Below, one piece after another: positions 53,250 through 63,437 of a stretch of 64,000 nt of DNA. Location: positions 15,049-79,048 of the forward strand of contig CAWFPE010000009.1 of NCBI GenBank assembly GCA_963817665.1, written 5' to 3'. Both the position numbers and the translations under genes were made by a program. Source of the stretch: an uncultured Actinomycetota bacterium (GTDB lineage Bacteria; Actinomycetota; Actinomycetes; Propionibacteriales; Nocardioidaceae). The first letter of the stretch is position 1; each line of letters begins with the position of its first letter. The notes beneath the pieces were generated by a model. It saw only the letters and a program-made list of their open reading frames with translations. It was not told the origin of the DNA and did no database searches.

Positions 53250-53821
53250 CGCCGCTCCTCGCTCCGATCTTCCGGTCGGACGGTCAGGCGCGCCTGCTCT
53301 CCACAATGTTGCTCAGCGGCGAGGAGCTGAGCGTCACCGACCTGGCCACGCGGGCCGGCCTGGCCTACCCGACCGCGCACCGCGAGGTCGCGCGCCTGGT
53401 GGACGCCGGCATCCTGAGCGAGCGACAGGTGGGCCGCACGAGGCTGATCCGCGCCAACGGCGAGAGCCCGCTGGTGGATCCCTTGCGCGAGATCCTCACG
53501 ATCGCGACCGGCCCGGTTGTAGTCCTGGCCGAGGAGCTGGCCCGCATCGACGGGATCGAGTCGGCGTTCCTCTACGGCTCCTTCGCCGCGCGGATGCTCG
53601 GGGATGCCGGTCCTGCGCCGCACGACATCGACGTCATGGTGCTCGGTGAGCCCGACGTGGACGCGGTCTACGAGGCGTGCACACGGGTCGAGGCCGCGGT
53701 GCGCCGGCCCGTGAACCCGACGATCCTCACCCCTGAGGAGTTCGCTGCGCCCTCCGGCTTCCTGGACAACGTGCGCAGCGGCCCGGCCGTCGCCGTGATC
53801 GGGGAACTGCCGTGGCGCTGA
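53237..53821 (+). CDS. Winged-HTH plus minimal nucleotidyltransferase (MNT) domain protein
   Basis: wHTH LSVTDLATRAGLAYPTAHREVARLVDAGIL. NTase YGSFAAR...HDIDVMV. Confidence 0.75.
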   Translation: MRTEAPLLAPIFRSDGQARLLSTMLLSGEELSVTDLATRAGLAYPTAHREVARLVDAGILSERQVGRTRLIRANGESPLVDPLREILTIATGPVVVLAEELARIDGIESAFLYGSFAARMLGDAGPAPHDIDVMVLGEPDVDAVYEACTRVEAAVRRPVNPTILTPEEFAAPSGFLDNVRSGPAVAVIGELPWR

Positions 53822-54270
53822 CTCCGCTCACCCGCGTTCAGCAGGCGACGGTCCTCGCGCTGGTCGAGGCGCGACGTCTCGATGTCGTGACCGCAGACGT
53901 CGCGCGTGCGACCTCGTTCCTGCGCCAGGCCGAGGAGCGACTGGACCAGCTGCCGCTGCTCACCAGTGTCGTGGTCAGGTACGGCATCGCCTACGACGCC
54001 TGTCACGACACGGGCGAGGCCCTGCTGGCGGCGTACGGCTTCCGGACGACCAACGGGCCCGGCCAGCACGAGGCGCTCGGCCGCTATCTGCGTGCCGTCT
54101 TCGACAAGCCGCCCGCGGACAGGGCGGCGCGAGAGTTCGACCGCCTGCGACGGGCTCGCAACCAGGACCGCTACGAGGCGAAGCCGGTGGGGGCCGCGGC
54201 GACCGAGAAGGCCGAGCAGGTCGCCAGGACGCTGTTCGACGCCGCCGTCGCCAGAGGAATCGCGCCGTGA
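53812..54270 (+). CDS. HEPN-like domain protein (SAV_6107-like), partner of the MNT gene
   Basis: All-helical. RRARNQDRYE occupies the position of the HEPN RxxxxH motif, with Y in place of H. The start overlaps the upstream gene by 10 nt. Confidence 0.6.
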   Translation: MALTPLTRVQQATVLALVEARRLDVVTADVARATSFLRQAEERLDQLPLLTSVVVRYGIAYDACHDTGEALLAAYGFRTTNGPGQHEALGRYLRAVFDKPPADRAAREFDRLRRARNQDRYEAKPVGAAATEKAEQVARTLFDAAVARGIAP

Positions 54271-54345
54271 CCCTAGGGACCGCACACAGCTCAGGGTGCC
54301 GACAGGGGCGAGCACTGCCCGTCCGGCCGGCCCCGAGACTCCGGC

Positions 54346-55011
54346 TCACAGCACGGTGAGGCCGTCACCGATGAGCTTGGCGCCGATGACCAGCAGGAGA
54401 ACGGTCATGATGACCGCGTTGTGAGCGGTCATCCAGCGCTCGAGGTCCTCGAGGATCCGGTCCGCTCGGTCACCCGCACCGAGGTAGACGACCAGCGGCG
54501 CGGCCACGCCGATGCTCGCGACGACCGCGAACGCGATCGCGGCGCCGATGCTGACCGCGACGTCACCGGAAGCGGCAGTAGCGATCGCGGCGCCGCCGGA
54601 GACGGCGAGCAGCAGGTTCTTGGGGTTGACGGCACCGAGCAGCACCGCCAGCCCGGCCGCCTTGACCGGGGTGAAGGTGTCCACGGCTGCCATCCACGTC
54701 GGCGTGGCCGGTTCCGTGCCGTGGCGCGGCCGGCCCCGCCACTGCCGGACCGCGACCAGCAGGAGGAGCACGCCGAGGACGATCTTCAGCCACCCGGTCC
54801 ACGACGCCGGTGACCCGTGATCGGGGTCGGCCGCGCCGGCGGCCAGCGCGACGATGAGCGCCACGCCGCCGACGGCGACGAACCAGGTCAGCACGAACGC
54901 GATCGCATTGGCGCGGGCGCTGACCAGCATCAGCACCATCGCCACGATCGGCAACGGGCTGACCATCACGCCCACGGCGATCGGAAGCGACTGCCCGATG
55001 GCATCTCCCAC
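54346..55011 (-). CDS. GAP (Gap/Sap-like) family membrane protein
   Basis: Six hydrophobic spans. IGQSLPIAVGVMVSPLPIVAMVLML start. GTG 55011 follows gaaagga. Confidence 0.6.
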   Translation of the reverse strand: MGDAIGQSLPIAVGVMVSPLPIVAMVLMLVSARANAIAFVLTWFVAVGGVALIVALAAGAADPDHGSPASWTGWLKIVLGVLLLLVAVRQWRGRPRHGTEPATPTWMAAVDTFTPVKAAGLAVLLGAVNPKNLLLAVSGGAAIATAASGDVAVSIGAAIAFAVVASIGVAAPLVVYLGAGDRADRILEDLERWMTAHNAVIMTVLLLVIGAKLIGDGLTVL

Positions 55012-55235
55012 AGCTGTCCTTTCCGTACCGGCAGGTCCCCGGCCCGCTGCGTGCCCGCGGTTCCCTGGGTGCTCACGCGACCTACGCCCGCCGAACAGGC
55101 TCCACGCTGGTGGACGGAGGAGCTCCTGGGTATCGCCCGCAGGGGGTGAACCCGGGCGACGCCGGCACCTGGACCACGTCGAGATCATCTGTTTCGGGTG
55201 ATGTCGCCCCGCGGTGTCCGCGCGAGCGTCGGGCC

Positions 55236-57128
55236 ATGACCACCTCGCCGCGTGATCCCAGTGCCGTCGTCCTCGAGCAGCAGCGTTCCCTGCGGGCGAG
55301 CCTGCCGTTCGCCGACACCCGGGACTTCGCCGACGTCGACCGCGGCTTCCTGGGGCGCCGCGAACCGGCCGCGGTGACGGCCGAGGACGGCCGGGTCGTC
55401 TGGGACAACGACACCTACCACTTCATCGAGGGCGAGGCGCCCGGCACGGTCAACCCGAGCCTGTGGCGCCAGTCGACCCTGGTGGCGACCGACGGCCTGT
55501 ACGAGGTCGTGCCGGGTCTCTACCAGGTGCGTGGGATGGACCTGTCGAACATCAGCTTCGTCGAGGGCGAGACCGGGGTGATCGTCATCGACCCGCTGAT
55601 CTCGACGGAGACCGCCGCGGCAGCGCTGGCGTTGTACCGCGAGCACCGTGGCGACCGGCCGGTCACCGGGGTGATCTACACCCATTCGCACGTCGACCAC
55701 TTCGGCGGCGTGAAGGGGGTGACCACCCAGGAGGACGTCGACTCCGGCCGGGTCCCGGTGCTCGCCCCGGAGGGCCTCGTCCAGCATGCCGTCTCGGAGA
55801 ACGTCTACGCCGGCATCGCGATGGCCCGTCGTGCCGGCTACATGTACGGCGCGGTGCTGCCGCGCGGACCCCGGGGTGCCGTGGGAGCCGGCCTCGGGCA
55901 GACCACCTCGACCGGCACGATCACCCTGATCCCGCCCACCGTGGAGATCACGACGACGGGACAGGAGGAGGTCGTCGACGGGGTACGCATCGTCTTCCAG
56001 ATGGCCCCGGACACCGAGGCGCCCTCCGAGATGCTGTTCTTCTTCCCCGACCTCAAGGCGCTGTGTGCGGCCGAGGACGCCACCCACAACCTGCACAACC
56101 TGCTCACGCTGCGCGGTGCGGTCGTCAGGGACCCGCACGGCTGGGCGAGGTACCTCACCGAGACCATCGACCTCTTCGGCCGCGACGTCGAGGTGGTCTT
56201 CGCCTCCCACCACTGGCCCACGTGGGGCAAGGGCCGGGCGGTCGAGTTCCTCTCGCTGCAGCGTGACCTCTACGCCTACCTGCACGACCAGACGGTGCGG
56301 ATGCTCAACCGGGGCCTGACCGGCCCGGAGATCGCCGAGGAGATCGTGCTCCCGCCGGCCCTGGAGAAGGCGTGGTCGACCCGGGGCTACTACGGCTCGG
56401 TGAGCCACAACGTGAAGGCGATCTACCAGCGGTACCTCGGCTGGTTCGACGGCAACCCGGCCCACCTGTGGGAGCACCCTCCGGTCGAGCGGGCCGAGCG
56501 GTACGTCGAGCTGGCCGGCGGCATCGAGGCGGCCGCCGCGGCTGCCAGGAGCGCCTTCGACGCCGGCGACTACCGGTGGGCCGCCGAGGTGGCCAACCAC
56601 GCCGTGTTCGCACGACCCGACCACGACGCGGCCCGCGAGGTGCTCGCCGACACCTACGAGCAGCTCGGCTACGGCTCGGAGAACGGCACCTGGCGCAACT
56701 TCTACCTGTCCGGCGCCACCGAGCTCCGGAGCGGGTCGTTCGGCACTCCCACGGCCACCGCCTCCCCGGACATGGTGTCGCAGCTCGACCCCCCGCTGCT
56801 GTTCGACGCCATCGCCGTCCGGGTCGACGGGCCGGCGGCCTGGGACGTGCGGCTGAGCATCGACGTCGTGCTCACCGACGCCGCCGAGCGCTACCGCCTC
56901 TGGCTCGCGAACGGCGTCCTCACCTACAGCTCCGCCGCCCAGGCGGGGGACGCCGACGCCACCCTGACCACCACGCTCCGGGCGCTTCCCGCACTGGCCC
57001 TCGGCGGGCTCTCGGCCGACCGGCTCGCCGACGCCGGCATCCAGGTGACGGGGGACGCCTCGGCGCTGGGACGGCTCACCGCCCTGCTCGACCCCGGCGA
57101 CAGCGACTTCGCCATCGTCACTCCCTGA
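55236..57128 (+). CDS. Alkyl/aryl-sulfatase, MBL fold (SdsA1/BDS1 type)
   Basis: YTHSHVDHFGG metal motif. Long dimerisation region and SCP2-like C-terminus. Confidence 0.85.
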   Translation: MTTSPRDPSAVVLEQQRSLRASLPFADTRDFADVDRGFLGRREPAAVTAEDGRVVWDNDTYHFIEGEAPGTVNPSLWRQSTLVATDGLYEVVPGLYQVRGMDLSNISFVEGETGVIVIDPLISTETAAAALALYREHRGDRPVTGVIYTHSHVDHFGGVKGVTTQEDVDSGRVPVLAPEGLVQHAVSENVYAGIAMARRAGYMYGAVLPRGPRGAVGAGLGQTTSTGTITLIPPTVEITTTGQEEVVDGVRIVFQMAPDTEAPSEMLFFFPDLKALCAAEDATHNLHNLLTLRGAVVRDPHGWARYLTETIDLFGRDVEVVFASHHWPTWGKGRAVEFLSLQRDLYAYLHDQTVRMLNRGLTGPEIAEEIVLPPALEKAWSTRGYYGSVSHNVKAIYQRYLGWFDGNPAHLWEHPPVERAERYVELAGGIEAAAAAARSAFDAGDYRWAAEVANHAVFARPDHDAAREVLADTYEQLGYGSENGTWRNFYLSGATELRSGSFGTPTATASPDMVSQLDPPLLFDAIAVRVDGPAAWDVRLSIDVVLTDAAERYRLWLANGVLTYSSAAQAGDADATLTTTLRALPALALGGLSADRLADAGIQVTGDASALGRLTALLDPGDSDFAIVTP

Positions 57129-57301
57129 GCCGGTGCCGATCGGCCGAGGGCCGAGGGGGGAGGGCCGAGCACGGGTCCGGTGACGGGAAAGGCGAAGGGG
57201 CCGGCCGGCTCCCCCGTGTGCCGGCCGGCTCCGCGGAGGAAGGAAACACCATGACGAGGGTCGCTGTCATGCGCGCTGCAGGATGTTGCAAGTGGGCGGG
57301 A

Positions 57302-58084
57302 TCAGTCCTCCGGGCCCGACCAGAGGTTCAGCCGGACGCCGGCCGCGAACCGGGTCCGCACGCCGAGCGTCTCGAGCAGTGCCGCCACGTCGGAGCGCAC
57401 GGTGCGCACGCTGACCCCGAGCGTCTCCGCGATCACGTCGTCGCCGACGCCCGTCGACATCAGGGCGACGACCTGCCGCTGGCGCGGGGTCAGGTCGCCG
57501 AGGGTGCTCACCCCCGTGTCGGGAGGGAACGAGGCGCTGATCGTCGCCTCCCAGTAGCGCCAGGCCGCGTCGAGGCAGCGCGTCGAGCTGACCGCCATCA
57601 CGCTGGGCTCGCCGTTGATCTCGGGGCCGTGCAGCAGCACGAACCCGCGGTCCACGATCTTCATCTGCACCGGCGCGATGCTGAAGAGGTAGGTGCCGGC
57701 CGGCTCGGCGGTCAGGAGCAAGCGGGCCCCGGGCTCGACCCCGTTGTCATCGAAGATGCTGACCATCTTGAGTCCGCGCTCGAGCAGGGCCCGGTTGTTG
57801 GGGAGGCTGGCGCTCATCTGGGCCGCGGTCGCCGACGGACGCACGGAGAACAGCTCGCGCCACCCGCGAGCCGCCTCGGTCATCCAGGGATTGATGTGGG
57901 GGTGGCGTGCGACCACCTCGATGTCGGGGGCCGTCCCGCTCGACACTGCGGCCGCCGCCTCGCTGCGTCGGACCTGGAGCACGGCCGCCGCGTCGAGCAC
58001 GGCCTGCCGGGCGCTCTCGGGGACGCGGTTGCGCGGCCACGGGGCCACCGTGAGCCTCAGGTCCTCGTCCTCGTCGTTCATCAT
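57302..58084 (-). CDS. LuxR-family transcriptional regulator
   Basis: C-terminal LTPRQRQVVALMSTGVGDDVIAETLGVSVRTVRSDV. Confidence 0.75.
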   Translation of the reverse strand: MMNDEDEDLRLTVAPWPRNRVPESARQAVLDAAAVLQVRRSEAAAAVSSGTAPDIEVVARHPHINPWMTEAARGWRELFSVRPSATAAQMSASLPNNRALLERGLKMVSIFDDNGVEPGARLLLTAEPAGTYLFSIAPVQMKIVDRGFVLLHGPEINGEPSVMAVSSTRCLDAAWRYWEATISASFPPDTGVSTLGDLTPRQRQVVALMSTGVGDDVIAETLGVSVRTVRSDVAALLETLGVRTRFAAGVRLNLWSGPED

Positions 58085-58255
58085 TTGCACCCCCCTTGCC
58101 ACGTGTGACGTCCGTCGGTGACAAGTTTCCGTCGGCCGGAGGGGAACCGCCAAACTCGGGCCGGCTGCCCGTCAGGGGCGCGGAGCCCGGGACGCGTCCG
58201 GCATCTGGGACCCCGCCTTCGTCCTCGACCGAGACCGACCCGTGAGCCCGGTGCG

Positions 58256-58519
58256 TCAGGCCGGCGGTTCGAGGTCGACGATCAGCAGCGCCACGTCGTC
58301 CTCGCCGTGGCCCCAGCGGTCGATGATCCGGTCGGCCAGCGTCTCCGCCGCCACGTCGCGGGTGCCGGCGACGTCGGCCGCGAGCAGGTCCATGGTCGCG
58401 TCCAGGGACGTGTCACGGCGTTCGACGAGGCCGTCGGTCATCAGCACGACCCGGTCCCCGGCCACCAGCGGCACGTGCGTGATGTCGCCGGCGCCCAGCT
58501 GCAGGCCGAGCAACGGCCT
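58256..58519 (-). pseudogene. C-terminal remnant of a PP2C/SpoIIE-type phosphatase
   Basis: PLLGLQLGAGDITHVPLVAGDRVVLMTDGLVERRD...EDDVALLIVDL. The upstream catalytic part is absent. Confidence 0.6.
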
Positions 58520-58668
58520 CGAGCATCTGCCGACCCGGCCGGTGCCGCACGGGCCGGAGGTCCCGAGCACGGCCGGAGGGCCGTCGGCAGGCGCCCCTCG
58601 TGACCATCGTCCCTGTGCGTCCGTCACGCCGGCTGGTCAGGGTGGTGGTGACCCCCTTGGAGCGCGCC

Positions 58669-61282
58669 ATGACCCTGATCGAGACACCCCCCACCAGCCT
58701 GGAGGAGCCGAAGCTCCGGGAGATCGACGCGATCGTCGAGGCCAGCACCCGGGCGGCGAACGCGTTCCGCGAGCTGGACCAGGAGGAGGTCGACGCGATC
58801 GTCGACGCGATGGTCCGGGCCGGGGTGCGCGCGGCGGCCGAGCTGGCCCAGGTGGCGATCGAGGAGACCGGCTTCGGGGTCTTCGAGGACAAGGTGGTCA
58901 AGAACTACGTGGCCACCGAGTTCCTCTCCGACTACCTGCGGGACAAGCGGTCGGTGGGGGTGATCGACGAGGACGTCGAGCGCAACATCGTCCACGTCGC
59001 CGAGCCGATCGGGGTGGTGCTCGCGATCACGCCGGTGACCAACCCGACCTCGACGGTGCTCTACAAGGCGATCGTGGCCGCCAAGACCCGCAACGCGATC
59101 CTGTTCCGGCCCTCGCCGTACGCCACCCGCTGCTGCGAGCGGGCCGTCGAGATCCTCCGCGAGGCGGCCGAGGCGGCCGGGATGCCGCCCGGCGCGCTGC
59201 AGGTGATCCCGGACGCGGCGCACGAGGTGACGCACTACCTCTTCAAGCACCCGGACGTGGACTTCATCTGGGTCACCGGCGGCCCGAAGATCGTGGCCCT
59301 CGCCAACGCCGCCGGCAAGCCCGGCCTCAGCGTCGGCCCCGGCAACGCCCCGATCTACATCCACCGCACCGCGGACATCCGGGGCGCGGTCGTCGACATC
59401 CTGATCTCCAAGACCTTCGACGCCTCGGTGATCTGCCCGGCCGAGCAGACCTGCATCGTCGACGAGCCGGTCTACGACGAGATGCTCACCGAGTTCCAGC
59501 GGATGGGCGCCCACCTGCTCACCGCGGAGGAGGCGGACAGCCTGGTCCAGTTCGCGTTCGGCTGCGCGACCGGGATCGGCGACAAGGTGAACATGGGGGC
59601 GCTCGGCCAGCTCGCGCCGCAGCTCGCGGCCCGGGCCGGGCTCACCGTCCCGCCGGAGACGAAGCTGCTGCTGGCACCGCTGCCCGCCGACCTCGAGCAG
59701 CTCGGCGCGCACCCGCTGGTGCAGGAGAAGCTGATGCCGGTGCTGGGCCTGGTCCGCTCACCGAGCGTCGAGCACGGCATCGCGGCGGCGGTGCTGGTCA
59801 CCGAGCACGGCGGGCTCGGCCACACCTCCGCGGTGTACGCCGAGGACCCGGCGGTCATCGACGCCTACGGCAAGGCCGTGCGCACCGGCCGGATCCTGGT
59901 CAACGCCCCCACGGCGGTGGGCGCGCTGGGCGGGGTCTACAACAACCTGACGCCGACCTTCTCGCTCGGCTGCGGCACCTGGGGCGGGTCGAGCACCACC
60001 GAGAACGTCAACTACACCCAGCTGCTCAACATCAAGACCGTCTCGCACCGGCGGACGCCCCCGCAGTGGTTCCGGGTGCCCGCCAACACCTACTTCAACG
60101 CCGGCGCGCTGGAGAACCTGCGCGACCTCGAGTGCGAGACCGCGGTCATCGTCACCGACGCGGACAGCGAGCGGCGCGGCGTACCCGACCTGCTGCGCGG
60201 CAAGCTGCGGACCCAGCACGTCCAGGTGTTCAGCGAGATCGAGCCGGAGCCGTCCGAGGCCACCATCCGCGCCGGCGTCGCGCTGCTGGCCCGGGCCCGG
60301 CCCGACCTGCTGGTCGCGGTGGGCGGCGGTTCGGTGATGGACGCCGCGAAGGCGATGCGGCTCTTCTACGAGCACCCCGAGAAGACGCTGGACGACCTCA
60401 CGCTGCCGTTCCTCGACCCGCGCAAGCGGGTGGCCGACTACCCGCAGGGACGCGCACACGGTCCGGCTGGTCGCCGTCCCGACGACGTCGGGCACCGGCT
60501 CGGAGGTCTCGCCGGCCGCGGTGCTCACCGTCGGGGAGCGCAAGGAGACGCTGGTCGACTACTGCCTGGTCCCCGACATCGCGATCGTCGACCCGATGCT
60601 GACGCTGAGCATGCCGGCGACGGTGACGGTCGACAGCGGCATCGACGCGCTCACGCACGCGCTGGAGGCCGCGGTCTCGATCTTCGCCTCGCCCTACACC
60701 GACGCGTTCTGCGTGCAGGCCGCCCGGCTGATCTTCGACGCGCTGCCCCGCGCGTTCGAGGACCCGCAGGACCTGGCCGCCCGCACCGACATGGCCAACG
60801 CCGCCACGCTGGCGGGCCTGGCCTTCTCCAACGCCTTCGTCGGCACCAACCACGCGCTGGCGCACGCGGTGGGGGCGCGGTTCGGGATCGCGCACGGCCG
60901 CGCGAACGGGCTGTTCCTGCCGCACGTGCTGCGCTACAACGCCGGGCTGCCGAGCAAGTTCATGCCCGCGCCGGGCTACTCGGCGTACGTCGCGCCGGAC
61001 AAGTACGCCCAGCTCGGCCGGGTCGTCTTCGGCGGCCGGGAGCCGGAGGAGAGCCGGCGGCGGCTGTTCCAGGGCGTCGAGGACCTGCTCGACCGGCTCG
61101 GGATGCCGCGCTCGATGCGGGCGCTGGGGATCCCCGCCGAGGAGTTCGAGGCGGCGCTGCCCGGGCTGGCGATGACCGCCTTCTCCGACCTCAGCAACCG
61201 CACCAACCCGCGGATGCCGCTGCTGGCCGAGCTCACCGAGCTGCTGCGGCTGGGGTACGACGGCGGTCCGGATGCCGACTGA
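58669..61282 (+). pseudogene. adhE: Bifunctional acetaldehyde-CoA/alcohol dehydrogenase, one frameshift near 60446-60457
   Basis: ALDH part ICPAEQT and VNAPTAVGALGG. Fe-ADH part VAVPTTSGTGSEV and HALAHAVG continues in ORF 60521..61282. Confidence 0.85.
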
Positions 61283-61724
61283 CTCCGACACCCAGACCGT
61301 CGAGGTGGACGCGCCGTTCGCCGACGTGCTCGCCACGATCCGGGACGTGGAGGGCCAGGTCGACTGGATCCCCGAGATCCTGGAGGCCGAGCTGCTCGAG
61401 GTCTACGAGGGCGACGAGCTGCCGGCGACGGCGCGGTTCAAGGCCTCGGCGACCGTGGGCACCGACGAGTACACGCTGAGCTACGAGCACACCGACAACA
61501 CGATGAGCTGGACCATGGTCGAGGGGAGGATGCAGACCGGGCAGGAGGGCTGCTACACCCTCGTGGCGCTCGGTCCGGACCGGACCTCGGTGACCTACGA
61601 GCTGACCATCCACCACAACCTGCCGCTGCCCGGCTTCGTCCGGCACCGGGTCATCAAGGGCCTGGTCTCCAACACCCTGACCGGGCTGCGCAAGCACTTC
61701 GAGGTCACGTCGTACGGCTCCTGA
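61272..61724 (+). CDS. SRPBCC (START/cyclase-dehydrase fold) family protein
   Basis: Size and pattern are typical (VDAPFADV..., TLSYEH...VTYELT). Overlaps adhE by 11 nt. Confidence 0.65.
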   Translation: MPTDSDTQTVEVDAPFADVLATIRDVEGQVDWIPEILEAELLEVYEGDELPATARFKASATVGTDEYTLSYEHTDNTMSWTMVEGRMQTGQEGCYTLVALGPDRTSVTYELTIHHNLPLPGFVRHRVIKGLVSNTLTGLRKHFEVTSYGS

Positions 61725-61801
61725 GCCTCCCCGAAAGGGGTGATGCGCCTGCCTGCTGCTGGGGCACAGGGTGGGGAAACCCTCGACCCCAGGAGTGACC
61801 C

Positions 61802-63021
61802 ATGAGGTTCCGGACCCGCGCCCGCCTTGCCGTCGCGACCCTGCTCACCGTGGCGGTGGCGGCGGCCATCCCCGTCCAGTCCGCCAGCGCAGGGGACGAC
61901 CACCACGGGCACGGGCACCACGGGCACCATCACGGGCATCACCACGGCGACCGCGAGCTGACCGTGATGACCCAGAACCTCTACCTCGGCTCCAGCCTCG
62001 ACCCCGCCCTGCTGGCCACCACCCCGGCCGAGTTCGTCGCCGCGGTGGCGACCATCTACAACACCGCCGTCTTCACGAACTTCCCGAAGCGCGCGGAGGC
62101 CATCGCCGACACGGTCGCCGCGCAGGACCCGGACCTGATCGGGCTGCAGGAGGTCTCCAAGTGGATCGCCCAGCCGCTGGTCCCCGGCGCGAACCCGCCG
62201 AGCTACGACTTCCTCACCATCCTCCAGGCGGCGCTGGCGCAGCGGGGCCTGCACTACAGCGTCGGGGCGGTCTCCGACAACGCCGACATCGGCCCCGCGC
62301 CGCTGGTCTCGCCCGGCTTCGGCTGCGCGGTGTTCACCGACCCGACCAAGCCGAACTGTGTCGTGACCCTGCAGGACCGTGACGTGATCCTGGTCAACGA
62401 CGACACCCGTCGGACTGGACGTGAAGGCGTCGAAGAGCGGCGACTACAAGGCCCAGCAGACGTTCTCCCCGCCCGGGCAGCACGACCCCGGTCTCGTTCG
62501 CCCGCGGCTGGGCCTACATCGACGCCAGCTACCGGGACACCAGGTTCCGGTTCGTGACCACCCACCTCGAGGTCGAGAGCTTCCCGACCGTGCAGGAGGC
62601 GCAGGCCCAGGAGTTCCTCGCCGGCCCGGCGAGGACCGGCGGCGCGGTGATCGCGGTGGGCGACTTCAACTCCGACGCCGAGCCGGCACCCACCGACACG
62701 AACACCACGACGTACGCCGACCTGACCAAGTACTGGTTCAAGGACGCCTGGGCGGTCAACGGCGGCGCCAACGGCGACACCTGCTGCCAGAACAGCACGC
62801 TCACCAACCCGGTCTCGAGCCTGCGCACCCGGATCGACCTGGTCCTGACCCACGGCCCGGTGCGGACCCGGTCCGCGGACGTGGTCGACGACCAGCCGAT
62901 CGCGAGCACCCCGCCGCTGTGGCCCTCCGACCACGCCGGCGTGGTGGCCACGCTCAGCCTGCCCCGGGGGCTCGAGCGGGGGACATTGAGCCTCGTCACA
63001 TCGGGCTCCTCACGGGACTAA
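61802..63021 (+). pseudogene. Secreted endonuclease/exonuclease/phosphatase (EEP) family protein with a His-rich N-terminal tract, two frameshifts (62406-62408 and 62472-62478)
   Basis: Signal peptide. DDHHGHGHHGHHHGHHHGD. LTVMTQNLY, GLQEV, GDFNS, SDHAGVV, spread over ORFs 61802..62557, 62421.. and 62554..63021. Confidence 0.75.
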
Positions 63022-63074
63022 CCGGCCCGCGACGTGCGCTGTACCGACTGAGCGCACCCGAACCGAGGAGATCC

Positions 63075-63320
63075 ATGCCCCGCCTGATCGACGACCTGAA
63101 CATCCTGCACGCGTCGTACGTCGACGCCATCAACACCGCCGTCACCGAGAACGACCCGGCGCGCGCCGCCGAGCTCGCCGAGGGCTACGACGCCGACGCG
63201 ATCGCGCTGATCGCCGAGCGCGAGGGCCGCACCGACCTGCTCCCGATCCGGCGCCCCGCCAAGCCGGACACCCCGCTGCGCCGCCTGGTCGCCCGCCTCA
63301 CCGCACTGCGCGCCGCCTGA
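63075..63320 (+). CDS. Small hypothetical protein (81 aa)
   Basis: RBS gaggag. High GC3. No family recognised. Confidence 0.45.
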   Translation: MPRLIDDLNILHASYVDAINTAVTENDPARAAELAEGYDADAIALIAEREGRTDLLPIRRPAKPDTPLRRLVARLTALRAA

Positions 63321-63345
63321 CACGTAGGGCCTCCCGGCGATGAGC

Positions 63346-63384
63346 GCGGAGTCCCGGGCGCACCGGGTGCGCCGAGGACTCCGC
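63346..63384 (+). terminator. Compound stem-loop (9 + 7 bp)
   Basis: gcggagtcc-cg-ggcgcac-cgg-gtgcgcc-ga-ggactccgc, 26 nt after the stop at 63320. Confidence 0.45.
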
Positions 63385-63437
63385 ACTGTTGCCAACTCGG
63401 TCGCCTCGCGCGCCGGCCGGCGGCTACGGTCGCGTCC

